A DNA stretch of 64,000 nt. Origin: Gemmatimonadota bacterium (GTDB taxonomy: Bacteria; Gemmatimonadota; Gemmatimonadetes; Longimicrobiales; Gaopeijiaceae). The stretch is from contig JAXHMG010000003.1 of assembly GCA_034521595.1 (NCBI GenBank), forward strand, positions 288,001 to 352,000, given 5' to 3'. This document shows positions 20,530 to 31,020 of the stretch, one piece after another. Each line of letters opens with the position of its first letter. The stretch's first letter is position 1. Below the pieces are notes generated by a model. It did no database searches. It was given only the letters and a program-made list of their open reading frames with translations, and was not told the origin of the DNA. The position numbers and the translations under genes are program-made.

Positions 20530-21187
20530 CGTCTTCGACCATCGCGACCGCCGCCTCCACCTCCTCGGGCACGATCCCGTGGCCGATGGCCGGGTCCGCG
20601 GTGGTCAGGGTCGCGCCGGCGTCGGCGAGCGCGGCACGGCCGCGCACGGCGAGGGCGTGTGGGATCGCGGGGTCGTGGAGCCCATGGCCCCAGAAGATGG
20701 GCGGTGCCTCCGCGACGTTGTCGAGGGAGACGCCGCCGGCCAGGAAGCCCGAGAAGTTGAGCACGGCTCGCACCCGTTCCGGCCGGGACAGCGCGTAGGC
20801 GAGGCTCGTCGTGCCCCCTTGCGAGAAACCGCCCAGCACGATCCGGTCGACGGGGCCGCCGAGATGTCGCGGGAGGGCGTCGAGGAAGTGGTCGAGCGCG
20901 CTCAGGCTCGCGTCGAGGGTCGCCGGGTCGACCCGGTCGTCCTCGAGGTAGCGGTACCACGCCCACCCCGGCCCGTAGCCCCAGGGAGCTCCGGCATGGA
21001 CGGCCCGGGGCGTCACGAGCGTCCACGTGTCGGGCACGAGCCTGCGCAAGCCCTGGAGGTCGTTCTTGTCGCTGCCCCGGCCGTGCAGCAGGACCGCGAT
21101 CGTGTCGCCGGCGGACGGTGGACGGGGACCGCTCGTCTCGAACTCCTCGATCGTGCTGCCGGGTGTCTCGGGCGTGTCCATGCTCAT
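20495..21187 (-). CDS. Phospholipase/carboxylesterase (alpha/beta hydrolase)
   Basis: LLHGRGS and GFSQG nucleophile motif; coupled to VOC gene. Confidence 0.85.
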   Translation of the reverse strand: MSMDTPETPGSTIEEFETSGPRPPSAGDTIAVLLHGRGSDKNDLQGLRRLVPDTWTLVTPRAVHAGAPWGYGPGWAWYRYLEDDRVDPATLDASLSALDHFLDALPRHLGGPVDRIVLGGFSQGGTTSLAYALSRPERVRAVLNFSGFLAGGVSLDNVAEAPPIFWGHGLHDPAIPHALAVRGRAALADAGATLTTADPAIGHGIVPEEVEAAVAMVEDVNGRARPPRTR

Positions 21188-22254
21188 CCCAGTGTGGCGA
21201 GTTGTGCTTCGATCCTGTCCCGGTTCGGCTCCAGCCAGGCCGGGAGCATGAGCTCCGAGCCCAACGAATCGGGATCCTCGTCGACGGCGAAGCCTGGCCC
21301 GTCGGTCGCGATCTCGAGCAGAAGGCCGTCGGGTGCGTGAAAGTAGATGCTTTCGAAGTACTGGCGGTCCTGCACCTCGGTGACTTGGACGCCGAGCGAG
21401 ACCAGATGCTCGCGCCAGGCCGCCTGCTCCTCGGCGTCCCGGGCCCGGAACGCGATGTGGTGGGTTTGTCCCGTGCCCTGTCGGGCCCGGTACGTGGACC
21501 CTTCCCAACCGAAGAGCGTGAGCGAGGAATGCGGCGCCACGGCGGTTCCGTCGTAGCTCGCCCAGAAGTAGTGCAGGGTCTTGGCGTCGTCCTGGTTGAA
21601 CGTCTTCTTCACGAGCCGGAGTCCGAGGGCCTCCCGGTAAAAGGTGTCGGCACGCGCCAGGTCGTCCGTGATCCCGGTGATGTGGTGGATGCCGTCCAGG
21701 CGCATGTCCGCGGTGACCTCCGGGACCGGATCGGGATGGGTCGTCCGGGCGATGGCGGCTTCGTCCCGGCCTTCGGGAAGACGGTCCACGGGTGGCTCGA
21801 CGAGCTGTTCCCCCAGCGCATCGGCCGGCTCGTCGATCGCGTAGCCCGGACCGGCGGTGGCGATCTCGAGGATCTGTCCGTCGGGATCCGAGAAATACAG
21901 GCTGGTGAAATAGCCTCGATCGATCGGGCCGTTGACCGGAACGCCGTGATCCGTGAGCCGCCGCTTCCACTTGAGCTGGGCCTCGGGAGTCGCCACACCC
22001 AGCGCGAGGTGGTGGATGCCGCCCACGCCCCACCCGCCGCGGCGGGCGCGGGGCCATTCGAAGAAGGTGAGCAGCGTGCCCGGTCGTCCGAGGTCGTCTC
22101 CGAAGTACAGGTGGTACGCGCCCGGGTCGTCGAAGTTGACGGTCTTCTTGACGAGACCGAGGCCGAGGAGGTTGCCGTAGAAATCCAGGGTCCGGCGTGC
22201 GTCGGCCGACACCATCGTGATGTGATGGAAGCCGGCGGTCGGGTTGAAGGGCAT
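21184..22254 (-). CDS. Two-domain VOC ring-cleaving dioxygenase (MhqO-like)
   Basis: HHIT..., KKTVNFDDPGAYHLYF, DRQYFESIYF, EIATDGPGF. Confidence 0.88.
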   Translation of the reverse strand: MPFNPTAGFHHITMVSADARRTLDFYGNLLGLGLVKKTVNFDDPGAYHLYFGDDLGRPGTLLTFFEWPRARRGGWGVGGIHHLALGVATPEAQLKWKRRLTDHGVPVNGPIDRGYFTSLYFSDPDGQILEIATAGPGYAIDEPADALGEQLVEPPVDRLPEGRDEAAIARTTHPDPVPEVTADMRLDGIHHITGITDDLARADTFYREALGLRLVKKTFNQDDAKTLHYFWASYDGTAVAPHSSLTLFGWEGSTYRARQGTGQTHHIAFRARDAEEQAAWREHLVSLGVQVTEVQDRQYFESIYFHAPDGLLLEIATDGPGFAVDEDPDSLGSELMLPAWLEPNRDRIEAQLATLG

Positions 22255-22288
22255 GGTGTCCTCTCGGAGTCACGTGACGCGGAAACCG

Positions 22289-22319
22289 ATCATGGTTTAA
22301 CCTTGAAGGAGTGTCAAGG
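22289..22319 (-). promoter_or_regulatory. Sigma70-type promoter with overlapping inverted repeat
   Basis: TTGACA-17nt-CATGAT on minus strand; CCTTGA-N7-TCAAGG overlaps -35. Confidence 0.6.
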
Positions 22320-22329
22320 CGTGAGACGG

Positions 22330-23460
22330 TCAGAGGGATTTCCGAAAGCGCCGGACGGCGAGGCCGAGCCCGCCCACCGCCATCGCGGAAAGCACGCTGA
22401 ACTGGAGCCACAGCGCACCGATGCCCGCGCCCTTCAAGAAGATGCCGCGGACGATCTCGAGAAAGTGGCGGAGGGGGTTGGCCAGCGTGAGGAGCTGGAA
22501 GATCTCGGGCATCGTCGAGACCGGATACAGGAATCCGGACAGGATGATCGCCGGGAGCATGAAGAGGAACATGGCGAGGAAGGCCTCCTGCTGCGTGGCG
22601 GAGATGGTCGAGATCAAGAGGCCGAAGGAGAGCCCCGCCAGGATGAAGAGGGCGGCCGCCAGGAGGAGGGCCAGGACCGAGCCCCGGAGCGGCACGTCGA
22701 ACCAAAGGAGGGCGACGGCCGTCACGGTGGCGAGCTGGACCATCGCGATGCCGGCCACCGGGAGCGTCTTGCCGATCATGAGCTCTCCGGCCCCGAGCGG
22801 TGACACGAGAAGCTGATCCAGCGTGCCGATCTCGCGCTCCCGGACGACGGCCATGGAGGTGAGGAGCAGGCACATGAGGAGCACGACGACGCCGATCACC
22901 GCGGGCACGTTGTAGGTGCGAGATTCGAGCGCCGGATTGAACCAGGCTCGCGCGCGCAGGTCGAGGGCGGCGCCCTCGGCACCGGAGCGGCCGGCGTGGT
23001 CCCGTGCGTGCTCCTGGACGATCCGGGCCGCGTAGCCCTGCGCGACGGTGGCGGTGTTGGAGTTCGTCCCGTCCACGAGGAGCTGCACCGCGGGGGAGGT
23101 GCCGGCGAGCAGCTCGCGGGCGTAGCCGGCCGGGATCTCCAAGCCGACCACGGCCCGGCCACGGTCGAGGGCGGATTCCAGGTCGGCCGGGCGGTCGGAC
23201 GTGCGGACGATCCGGAAGTAATCCGATGCGGTGAGCGCCTCCACGAGCGCGCGCGACTCGGCCGTACGGTCGTGATCGACGACCGCCGTCGCCACGTCCC
23301 GCACGTCCGTGTTCACGGCGTATCCGAAGAGCACGAGCTGGATGAGGGGCGAGACGAAGATGACCCGCTTGGTCCTCGGGTCGCGGAGGAGCTGACGCAG
23401 CTCTTTGGCCACCATCCGACGGACCCGGAGCAGGCTGAGTCGCAGGGACGTACGGCTCAT
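22330..23460 (-). CDS. ABC-2 permease (YbhR-like)
   Basis: KELRQLLRD, VREREIGTLDQL, six TM helices. Confidence 0.88.
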   Translation of the reverse strand: MSRTSLRLSLLRVRRMVAKELRQLLRDPRTKRVIFVSPLIQLVLFGYAVNTDVRDVATAVVDHDRTAESRALVEALTASDYFRIVRTSDRPADLESALDRGRAVVGLEIPAGYARELLAGTSPAVQLLVDGTNSNTATVAQGYAARIVQEHARDHAGRSGAEGAALDLRARAWFNPALESRTYNVPAVIGVVVLLMCLLLTSMAVVREREIGTLDQLLVSPLGAGELMIGKTLPVAGIAMVQLATVTAVALLWFDVPLRGSVLALLLAAALFILAGLSFGLLISTISATQQEAFLAMFLFMLPAIILSGFLYPVSTMPEIFQLLTLANPLRHFLEIVRGIFLKGAGIGALWLQFSVLSAMAVGGLGLAVRRFRKSL

Positions 23461-24587
23461 GCGGAGAGCTCCTTCCGGAACGTCCGCGTGGCGAGCACGA
23501 GCCCGAGCGCGGCGTACACCGCCATGAGGAGGGCTTGCGGCCAGAGTGCCTCCAGCCCGACGCCCTTGAGAAATATCCCCCGCGTGACGGTCACGAAGTA
23601 CCGCGCGGGCACGAGGAAGGTCACCGCCTGGAGGGCGCGGGGCATGCTCGCGATATCGAACATGAAGCCGGACAGCAGGATCGCCGGCAGGTAGGTCGCG
23701 ACCATCGCCACCTGGGTGGCCAACACCTGTGACTTGACCGCCGCGGAGATGAAGATGCCGAGTCCGAGCGCGCCGATCAGGAAGAGCGTCGTCAGCACCG
23801 CGAGGAGCGGAACGCTCCCGTGGAGCGGGGTGCCGAAGATGAGGATTCCGGCGACGACCGTCGTGGCCACGTCGAAGAGCCCGATCGCCAGGTAGGGGAG
23901 GAGCTTGCCGAGCACGATGTCGAGTCGGCTGGCCGGGGTGGCGGCGAGCTGTTCCATGGTGCCGCGCTCCCATTCCCGGGCGATCGTGAGCGCGGTGAGG
24001 AGCGCGGCGATCACGGACATGATGACCGCGATGAGCGCCGGCACGATCATGTGTCGGCTCTCGAGGTCCGGGTTGTACCAGGTGCGGGACTCGAGCGTGA
24101 TGCCTCCGGCGGGAGCTTCCGCGCCCGCGCGCTCCCGAGCGATGCGCGCGCCCATCCGGGTTACGATGGCCTCCGCGTAGTTGAGCGCGATGGTGGCCGT
24201 GTTCGCGTCTCCCCCGTCGAGGAGGAGCTGGACCTCCGCGGGCAGGTGCGGGTCGCCGAGATCACGCGTGTAGCCCGGTGGGATGACGAGGACGCCCTGA
24301 ACGGTCCCCCGCGTGAGGGCGGCGTCCACCGCCCGGCTCGAGGAAGGCCGCTCGCGAACGCTGAAGAGGTTGCTGGCCGTGAAGGCGTCGACGAGCGAGC
24401 GGCTCTCCGCCGTCCGGTCCTCGTCGAGCACGGCCAGAGGGATGTCTTCGACGTCCCAGGTGATGGCGTATCCGAAGAAGAGCAGGAGCACGAGCGGCAG
24501 CAGGAAGGCCAGAATCATGCTGCGCGGATCGCGCCGGAGCTGGATCCATTCCTTGCGCGAGATCGCGAGAAGGCGACGCAAGCTCAT
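23457..24587 (-). CDS. ABC-2 permease (YbhS-like)
   Basis: KEWIQLRRD, AREWERGTMEQL. Confidence 0.88.
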   Translation of the reverse strand: MSLRRLLAISRKEWIQLRRDPRSMILAFLLPLVLLLFFGYAITWDVEDIPLAVLDEDRTAESRSLVDAFTASNLFSVRERPSSSRAVDAALTRGTVQGVLVIPPGYTRDLGDPHLPAEVQLLLDGGDANTATIALNYAEAIVTRMGARIARERAGAEAPAGGITLESRTWYNPDLESRHMIVPALIAVIMSVIAALLTALTIAREWERGTMEQLAATPASRLDIVLGKLLPYLAIGLFDVATTVVAGILIFGTPLHGSVPLLAVLTTLFLIGALGLGIFISAAVKSQVLATQVAMVATYLPAILLSGFMFDIASMPRALQAVTFLVPARYFVTVTRGIFLKGVGLEALWPQALLMAVYAALGLVLATRTFRKELSA

Positions 24588-24592
24588 CGGGC

Positions 24593-25354
24593 CTACCCCG
24601 GGACCGCGCCGCCCTCGGCGCGCACGAGCGAGACGAAGACGTCTTCGAGGGAAGAAGAGGAGGCGGGCCCGCCGAGCTGGTGGCGCAAGCCGCTCGGAGT
24701 GTCGAGCGCGATGAGGCGGCCCCGGTTGAGGAGCGCGAGCCGGTGGCAGTACTCGGCCTCTTCCATGTAGTGCGTGGACACGAACACCGTGGTGCCCCGG
24801 TCGGAGAGGCCGTCGATGAGGTCCCAGAACGTGCGGCGCGCGACCGGGTCGACGCCGGACGTGGGCTCGTCCAGGAAAAGGATCGGCGGTTCGTGGACCA
24901 TGGCGCACCCCAACGCCAGCCGTTGCTTCCACCCGAGCGGCAGAGTCTCGGTCGGGTCGTGCCGGTGCTCCCGCAACCCGGAGATGTCCAGGATCCACCG
25001 CTCGCGCTCCACCAGCTTCGGCCCGTCCACGCCGTAGAGTCCCGCGAAGAGCTCGATGTTCTCCCGGACCGTGAGGTCCCCGTACAGCGAGAAGCGCTGC
25101 GACATGTATCCGATGCTGCGCTTGATCTCCGCGCGCCCGGTGCGGATGTCGTGTCCGGCCACCCATCCTTCCCCTTCCGAGGGGGCCACCAGGCCGGTCA
25201 ACATCTTGATGGTCGTGGTCTTGCCGGCGCCGTTCGGTCCCAGAAACCCGAAGATCTCCCCGCGGCGCACGTCGAACGTGATCCCGTCCACCGCGGTGAA
25301 ATCGCCGTAACGCCGGGTGAGGTTTCGGACCGACACGGCAGGGGCGTCACGCAT
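24593..25354 (-). CDS. ABC transporter ATP-binding protein
   Basis: GPNGAGKT, LDEPTSGVDP. Confidence 0.9.
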   Translation of the reverse strand: MRDAPAVSVRNLTRRYGDFTAVDGITFDVRRGEIFGFLGPNGAGKTTTIKMLTGLVAPSEGEGWVAGHDIRTGRAEIKRSIGYMSQRFSLYGDLTVRENIELFAGLYGVDGPKLVERERWILDISGLREHRHDPTETLPLGWKQRLALGCAMVHEPPILFLDEPTSGVDPVARRTFWDLIDGLSDRGTTVFVSTHYMEEAEYCHRLALLNRGRLIALDTPSGLRHQLGGPASSSSLEDVFVSLVRAEGGAVPG

Positions 25355-26297
25355 CGCCGCCCCCCCGGTGCTCGCCGACGAGTTGGATGAAGACGTCTTC
25401 GAGCGACGGCTCGATCACCCGGATATCGTCGTCGTCGCCGGTCGTGACGCCGCCTCCGGCGGAGAGGATGTCCGCGACCGCGGAGGCGGTGACGTCGTTC
25501 TGGGTGACGGCGTGGATCTCCTCGCCGAAGAGTGAGGCGTTCTCGACCCGGGCGTCGGCTCGGAGCAGGTCTCGTGCGGCCCGCGGCCGGTCCACGCGGA
25601 TCGACCAGACGGTTCCGGACAGCGAGGCCCGGAGGGTCCGAGGATCGTCGAGCGCCAGCAGACCGCCGGCGTCGAGCATGGCCACGCGGTCGCAACGCTC
25701 GGCTTCGTCCAGGTACGACGTGGTCAGGACGACGGTCACCCCTTCGGAGACCATCTCGTGCAAGATCGTCCAGAGCTCGCGACGCGAGATGGGGTCCACC
25801 CCGAAGGTGGGCTCGTCGAGGAGAAGCACCCGGGGTCGGTGCACGAGACAGCACGAAAGGGAGAGCTTCTGCTTCATCCCCCCGGACAGCGCTCCGGTGC
25901 GTCGGGTCCGGAAGGGCCCGAGCCCACTGAAGTCGTACAAACGCTTCAGGCGCGCGGGCCGCTCGCGGCGCGCCACGCCGTAGAGGTCGGCGTAGAAGTC
26001 CAGGTTCTCCTCGACGGTGAGGTCTTCGTACAGCCCGAAGCGCTGCGCCATGTACGCGATCCCGGGCTTGACCTTCTCGGGGTCCTTTCCGACGTCCACA
26101 CCGTGCACGAAGGCCGTGCCCCCCGACGGGCGGAGCACGCCCGCGAGGATGCGGAGCGTGGTGGTCTTGCCGGCTCCGTCCGGGCCCACGATGCCGAACA
26201 GCGTGCCGGGCGGAACGTCGAAGGTGAGCCCGTCCACGGCCGTGGTGTCGCCGAACACTCGGCGCAGCCGTTGGAGCGAGACGGCGGCGGCGCTCAT
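25347..26297 (-). CDS. ABC transporter ATP-binding protein
   Basis: GPDGAGKT, LSGGMKQK, LDEPTFGVDP. Confidence 0.9.
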   Translation of the reverse strand: MSAAAVSLQRLRRVFGDTTAVDGLTFDVPPGTLFGIVGPDGAGKTTTLRILAGVLRPSGGTAFVHGVDVGKDPEKVKPGIAYMAQRFGLYEDLTVEENLDFYADLYGVARRERPARLKRLYDFSGLGPFRTRRTGALSGGMKQKLSLSCCLVHRPRVLLLDEPTFGVDPISRRELWTILHEMVSEGVTVVLTTSYLDEAERCDRVAMLDAGGLLALDDPRTLRASLSGTVWSIRVDRPRAARDLLRADARVENASLFGEEIHAVTQNDVTASAVADILSAGGGVTTGDDDDIRVIEPSLEDVFIQLVGEHRGGGDA

Positions 26298-27283
26298 CCT
26301 CCGGCGTCCTCGAGGGTCACGTCCGCGGGAAGGCCCGGCTTGAGCACGAGATCGGGATCGCCGGTGATGCGCACCTTGACGGGGTAGACGAGACGGGTGC
26401 GCTCCTCGGCGGTCTGCACGTTCCGCGGGGTGAACTCGGCTTCGCTTCCGATGAAGGACACCTCCCCCGTGACGGTCCGGTCGGGGTAGGTGTCGGACAC
26501 GATCGCTGCATCGCCTCCCAGTCGGAGCCGGCCCACCATGTCCGCCCTCACGTAGATGCGGACCCAGCGCTCCGAGGGGTCGAGGAGCGTCACGACCGGT
26601 GCGCCGGGAGACACGGCTTCCCCCGGCTCGCGATGCCGTACGGTGACGGTGCCGTCGAAGGGAGCCTCGATCAGCGCGTGCGAGCGGATCGCCTCGGCGC
26701 TCGCGAGTCGGGCCCGGGTCTGCTCGAGCCGGGCACGCGCGGCCCGGATCGCTTCCGGGCGAGGGCCCTCCCGGACGAGCTCGAGCGCTTCAGCGGCTTG
26801 CTCCGCCGCGGACCGGGCGATATCGCGCTCCGCTTGCGCCCGGTCGTACGCCTGCCGGCTGATGGCCCCACCCTCGAAGAGCACGACCGCCCGCTCGGCA
26901 TTCTCCTCCGCCTCCTCCAGACGCCTGCGCGCGGACCGCAGGGCGGCTTCGGCGCTGGCGATCTCCTGTCCACGCGAGCCCGCTTCCATCTCCGCGAGGG
27001 CCGCTTCCGCCGCCTCGACGTCGGCTCGGGCCGCGTCACGGCGCGCGTCCAGCTCCCGGGCATCGAGGCGCGCCAGCACGGTGCCGGCCGTCACCGTCTG
27101 GCCTTCATCGACCAGGACTTCCGCCACCCGGCCCGCGACCAGAAAGCCGAGGTGAGCGTCCGTGGCTTCGACCGTCCCCGAAGCCGTGAGCTGCACGTCG
27201 TCGCTTCCATTCCCCAGGATGAGCCAGCCGGCCAACCCACCGAGTGCGACGACTACGACCCCGATCACCATGCGCTTCTTCAT
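26294..27283 (-). CDS. HlyD-family periplasmic adaptor (YbhG-like)
   Basis: N-terminal TM, coiled coil, AEFTPRNVQT motif. Confidence 0.88.
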   Translation of the reverse strand: MKKRMVIGVVVVALGGLAGWLILGNGSDDVQLTASGTVEATDAHLGFLVAGRVAEVLVDEGQTVTAGTVLARLDARELDARRDAARADVEAAEAALAEMEAGSRGQEIASAEAALRSARRRLEEAEENAERAVVLFEGGAISRQAYDRAQAERDIARSAAEQAAEALELVREGPRPEAIRAARARLEQTRARLASAEAIRSHALIEAPFDGTVTVRHREPGEAVSPGAPVVTLLDPSERWVRIYVRADMVGRLRLGGDAAIVSDTYPDRTVTGEVSFIGSEAEFTPRNVQTAEERTRLVYPVKVRITGDPDLVLKPGLPADVTLEDAGG

Positions 27284-28680
27284 CGGTTCTCCTCCAAAGC
27301 TCGGGCTAGCCAGTCGCGATTCAGGGTCCCCCGGGCGCGCGCAAGCCGAACGCGGGCCAGCACCCGGTCGTACCGCGCGCGGGCGAGACCCGCGCGTGCC
27401 CGGAACAGGCTCGCCTCCGCCGCCAGGAGGTCGCTCTGGACTCCCGAGCCGGCGTCGAGCGCCAGCGCTTCGATCCGCGTGACCTCTTCCCACTGCGTGA
27501 CGGAAGCCGCGAGCGCGGATTCGCGTGCGTCGGCTTCCCGGATCTCCGCGGTCGCGGCGTCGACCGCGCGGTCCACGCCGCGCTCGGCCGCGGAACGCCT
27601 CTGGCGGGCGGCGGCTCGTTCGGCCTCCGCCCGACGGACCGCGGCACCGCGTGCGCCGCCCGTGAAGAGCGGCCAGGAGAGCGTCACACCGGCTTGCCAC
27701 TCGGCGACGTGCCCGCCCGTGACCGTTCCGTAGTCGAGCAGGCCGGCCCTTACCTCGAGCCGGGGGAGGCGGGCGGCGCGCGCGCCGCCGAGCCGAGCTT
27801 CGGCGGCGCGCTCCTGCTCGAGGGCGCGGACCAACTCGGGGTGTGAGGGCTCGGGAGCGGGGTCGTCGGTGGACGGAGCCAGGGTGATGTCGGTCAGGGA
27901 ACGGTCGACGACCGAGTCGGGGGGCTGATCCATCGCTCGCGCCAGTCCGCGTTCCGAGAGCTCGGTCCGGGCTTTAGCGCCGGCCGCGTCGGCCCGAGCC
28001 TCCTCCAACGCGGCGGACGCCCGCAAGACGTCGACCTCGGGCGCCGAGCCGGCTTCGGCCATCCTGCGCGCTCGCTCGGCTTCCGCCACGAGGGCTTCGA
28101 CCCGGCGCGTGGCCGCGTCCTCGTGCGCGCGGGCCGCGAGCACCTCGAAGTACGCCGTCGCGGCCCGTTCCAGCACCGCCATGCGGCGTGCCCGAGCCCC
28201 GGCTTCCGCCGCCGCGGCGCCCGACCGGGCGGCGCTGAGGCGCGCGCCCGTCGCGCCACCGTCGAAGGCGGTGTAGCGTAGCCGAGCCGCACCCTGAACG
28301 AGGGTCTCGTCGAACCGGGGCGGGGCGGCCGGATCGAAGCTGTGCAGTGGAGCGACGACCATGGGCTCCTGGAACCGGGTCAAGGATCCCTCGAGCGTCA
28401 CGTTCGGAAGCCGTCCCGCCCGAGCTCGGGCCACGTCCGCTTCCGCGCCGCGGTGCCCGGCCCGGGCCGCGGCCAACTCCGGGTCGGTCCGGAGCGCGGC
28501 CTCCACGACTTCGTGGAGCGTGAGGGGAGGCGGCTCCTGGGCACGGGCGGCGGCCGGATCGAACATCAGGGATGCCGTGACGAACGCGACGGCGAACGTC
28601 GCGGCGGCGATGCCGCGAGCGCTCGCCGGGCCCGGGCGGGGTGCCCCGGTCTCGATGGTTCCGTCAGCGTGTGGTCGCAT
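27280..28680 (-). CDS. TolC-family outer-membrane efflux protein
   Basis: Signal peptide, duplicated coiled-coil/barrel repeats, WPLFTGG. Confidence 0.85.
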   Translation of the reverse strand: MRPHADGTIETGAPRPGPASARGIAAATFAVAFVTASLMFDPAAARAQEPPPLTLHEVVEAALRTDPELAAARAGHRGAEADVARARAGRLPNVTLEGSLTRFQEPMVVAPLHSFDPAAPPRFDETLVQGAARLRYTAFDGGATGARLSAARSGAAAAEAGARARRMAVLERAATAYFEVLAARAHEDAATRRVEALVAEAERARRMAEAGSAPEVDVLRASAALEEARADAAGAKARTELSERGLARAMDQPPDSVVDRSLTDITLAPSTDDPAPEPSHPELVRALEQERAAEARLGGARAARLPRLEVRAGLLDYGTVTGGHVAEWQAGVTLSWPLFTGGARGAAVRRAEAERAAARQRRSAAERGVDRAVDAATAEIREADARESALAASVTQWEEVTRIEALALDAGSGVQSDLLAAEASLFRARAGLARARYDRVLARVRLARARGTLNRDWLARALEENR

Positions 28681-29341
28681 CGGGCCTCCGCGGTGGTGAG
28701 GTCTCTGTCTCGTCGGGCCGGAGCCCGGCTTCGACGAACCGGGCCGCGTGCTCCACGGCCTCCGCACGCGTTTCGGGATCGAAGAGATCGAGCCCTCCGA
28801 CCGTCGCGAGCATGGGCGCGACCAGCGTCATGAAGACCGGCTGCGCCACGACGCTGAGCGCCGTGAGGCGGGGGTGGCCGGGACGGACGCTTCCGTCCTC
28901 GACGCCCTCGCCGTGGAGCTTGGTCAGCGTGCCCATGACGCGGTGGAGGATGTCCACGACGGCCGGTGGCGGTGGCTTCCCGGCGGCGACCTCCTGGAGC
29001 AGGAGGTGCGGAATGTCGGGCTGTTCCCTGAAGTGGTCGAAGTAGGCTTCCACGATCGCGCTCATACGCTCCGCGGCCGTGCCGTCGCTCCCTGCCACCG
29101 CGACCACGCGGTCCGCGAGGGGGCTCAACCCGTCGTCGAGGACCGCGGCGTAGAGGGCGCGCTTGGACCCGAAGTGGTAGGTGATCGAGCCGAGGTTCGC
29201 CCCCGCCCGCTCCGTGATGGCACGTACCGACGTTCCGTCGAAGCCCTTCCTGCCGAAGAGCTCCCTCGCGGCGGCCATGAGAGCGTGGCGGGTGGCCTCG
29301 CCGGTGCGGCCTCTGGGCGGAGCTGCCATGGGTTTAGTCAT
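28664..29341 (-). CDS. TetR-family transcriptional regulator
   Basis: AARELFGRKGFDGTSVRAI...ITYHFGSK HTH. Confidence 0.9.
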   Translation of the reverse strand: MTKPMAAPPRGRTGEATRHALMAAARELFGRKGFDGTSVRAITERAGANLGSITYHFGSKRALYAAVLDDGLSPLADRVVAVAGSDGTAAERMSAIVEAYFDHFREQPDIPHLLLQEVAAGKPPPPAVVDILHRVMGTLTKLHGEGVEDGSVRPGHPRLTALSVVAQPVFMTLVAPMLATVGGLDLFDPETRAEAVEHAARFVEAGLRPDETETSPPRRPDATTR

Positions 29342-29351
29342 ACGTTCGTAT
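29340..29351. promoter_or_regulatory. Putative TetR operator
   Basis: Palindrome ATACG-TT-CGTAT overlapping the tetR start, next to an AT-rich -10-like box. Confidence 0.5.
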
Positions 29352-29402
29352 TATTACGCGCCGAACCCCGTTGCACAAGGGTGGATGACTCAAAGGGTAC
29401 GG

Positions 29403-30176
29403 TCAGGCCGTGCGGCCGAGCTCCTCAACGACTTCGCGCACCCGCCGGACGCCCTCCATCAGGCGCGGGCCGGGACGGCCGAGGTACGGCTCTCCCACGC
29501 AGAAGACGCGCCCCTCCCGCACGAAGGGAAGCTCCGCCCAGGCTTCGTTGCGGAGCACCACGTCGGGGCGGTACTTGTCGGGATGGACGCCGCACCACGA
29601 GAGGATGACGGCGTCCGGGGACCGCTCGGCGACCTCTTCGTCGGTCATGGGGCGGCTCTTCACGTCCTCGTCGGCGAGGACGGCTTGGGCGCCCGCGGCG
29701 CGGAGCACATCCGTCGTCCAGCTTTGCTTTCCGGGTGTGATCACGGGCTTGGGCCACCACTGGACGAGCAGCCGGGGCGCCGAATCGTCGGGCTCGGACG
29801 GTTGGAGGGCGCTCTGCATCTCGTGGACGAGGGCTTCGGCCCGGTCCGACACACCCAGGCGGGCTCCGATGTCACGGATGTCCCGGTAGACGTCGTCGAG
29901 GGAGACGGGCTCGGGCGCGATGTAGGGGAGTCCGGCCGCCTCGAGCCGCTCGACGACCTGCTCGTGCCCCGGCACGGTCAGGGTGGCGAGGACCAGGTCG
30001 GGTTCGAGCTCCGCGACCCGCGCCACGTCGATGTCCAGGTCGGGACCGACCTTGGGGAGCGGGTCCACCACCTCGGGCGGGTAGTCGGAGTGGTCGTCCA
30101 CGCCGACGAGCATGTCGGCGCACCCGAGCGCACAGACGATCTCGGTATTCGAGCAAGCAAGGGATACGATACGCAT
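29403..30176 (-). CDS. Cobalamin/iron-siderophore-type binding protein (helical backbone)
   Basis: MRIVSLACSNTEI, LEPDLV, RPGPRL; no signal peptide. Confidence 0.8.
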   Translation of the reverse strand: MRIVSLACSNTEIVCALGCADMLVGVDDHSDYPPEVVDPLPKVGPDLDIDVARVAELEPDLVLATLTVPGHEQVVERLEAAGLPYIAPEPVSLDDVYRDIRDIGARLGVSDRAEALVHEMQSALQPSEPDDSAPRLLVQWWPKPVITPGKQSWTTDVLRAAGAQAVLADEDVKSRPMTDEEVAERSPDAVILSWCGVHPDKYRPDVVLRNEAWAELPFVREGRVFCVGEPYLGRPGPRLMEGVRRVREVVEELGRTA

Positions 30177-30310
30177 ATCCGCCGTTACCCGACGGGCTAC
30201 GTTTCGTTCAGCGCGGCCGGTGCTTTCCGCCACGGGGCGTTGACCCTCGAACGACCTCCGCGTCAATCTTTCAAAGCCGCGATCACTCAGCTCATTCCAC
30301 GGAGACGGCC

Positions 30311-30895
30311 ATGGTCAGCGTCCCTTCGACGATGGTTCCCCTCGGAACCCGCGCTCCCGAGCTCACCCTTCCCGAGCCGGCCACGGGCCGGACGGTCTCG
30401 ACCGAGGATCTCCGAGACGCTCCGGCGCTTCTGGTCGTGTTCCTCTCGAACCACTGTCCCTTCGTCAAGCACATCGCCGACGAGCTCGCGTCGTTCGCAC
30501 GCGAGTACGGTGAGCGGGGGCTGGCGATCGTCGGCATCAATGCGAACGACGTGGAGAAATATCCGGACGACAGCCCCGAGAAGATGGCCGAGGAGGTGGC
30601 GTCGCGCGGCTACACCTTCCCGTACCTGTTCGACGAGACCCAGGAAGTCGCCAAGGCGTACGGCGCCGCCTGCACACCGGACTTCTTCCTGTTCGACGGA
30701 GATCGAAAGCTGGCGTACCGCGGGCAGTTCGACGACAGCCGCCCCTCGCTGGAGAAGCCGGTGACGGGTGCGGACCTGCGTGCCGCATGCGATGCCGTGC
30801 TGGCGGGCGAGGCTCCGCCGAAGGACCAGGCCCCGAGCGTGGGGTGCAACATCAAGTGGCGCCCCGGCAACGAGCCCGCTTGGTTCGGAGCGTAG
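30311..30895 (+). CDS. Thioredoxin-fold (AhpC/TSA-like) protein
   Basis: NHCPFV, YGAACTPDFFLFD, SVGCNIKW. Confidence 0.88.
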   Translation: MVSVPSTMVPLGTRAPELTLPEPATGRTVSTEDLRDAPALLVVFLSNHCPFVKHIADELASFAREYGERGLAIVGINANDVEKYPDDSPEKMAEEVASRGYTFPYLFDETQEVAKAYGAACTPDFFLFDGDRKLAYRGQFDDSRPSLEKPVTGADLRAACDAVLAGEAPPKDQAPSVGCNIKWRPGNEPAWFGA

Positions 30896-30908
30896 ATGGG
30901 GGCAGGGC

Positions 30909-30949
30909 AAAAAATGAGCGCCGCCGGGCGTGCTGCCCCGACGGCGCTC
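30909..30949 (-). terminator. Rho-independent terminator
   Basis: GAGCGCCGTCGGG/CCCGGCGGCGCTC stem then ATTTTTT on minus strand. Confidence 0.7.
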
Positions 30950-31020
30950 CAACTGTCGCAGCCCAGCGCGATGGCCGGGTCCGGCGCGAACAGCGAACTA
31001 CATGAATCTACGGTCCGACT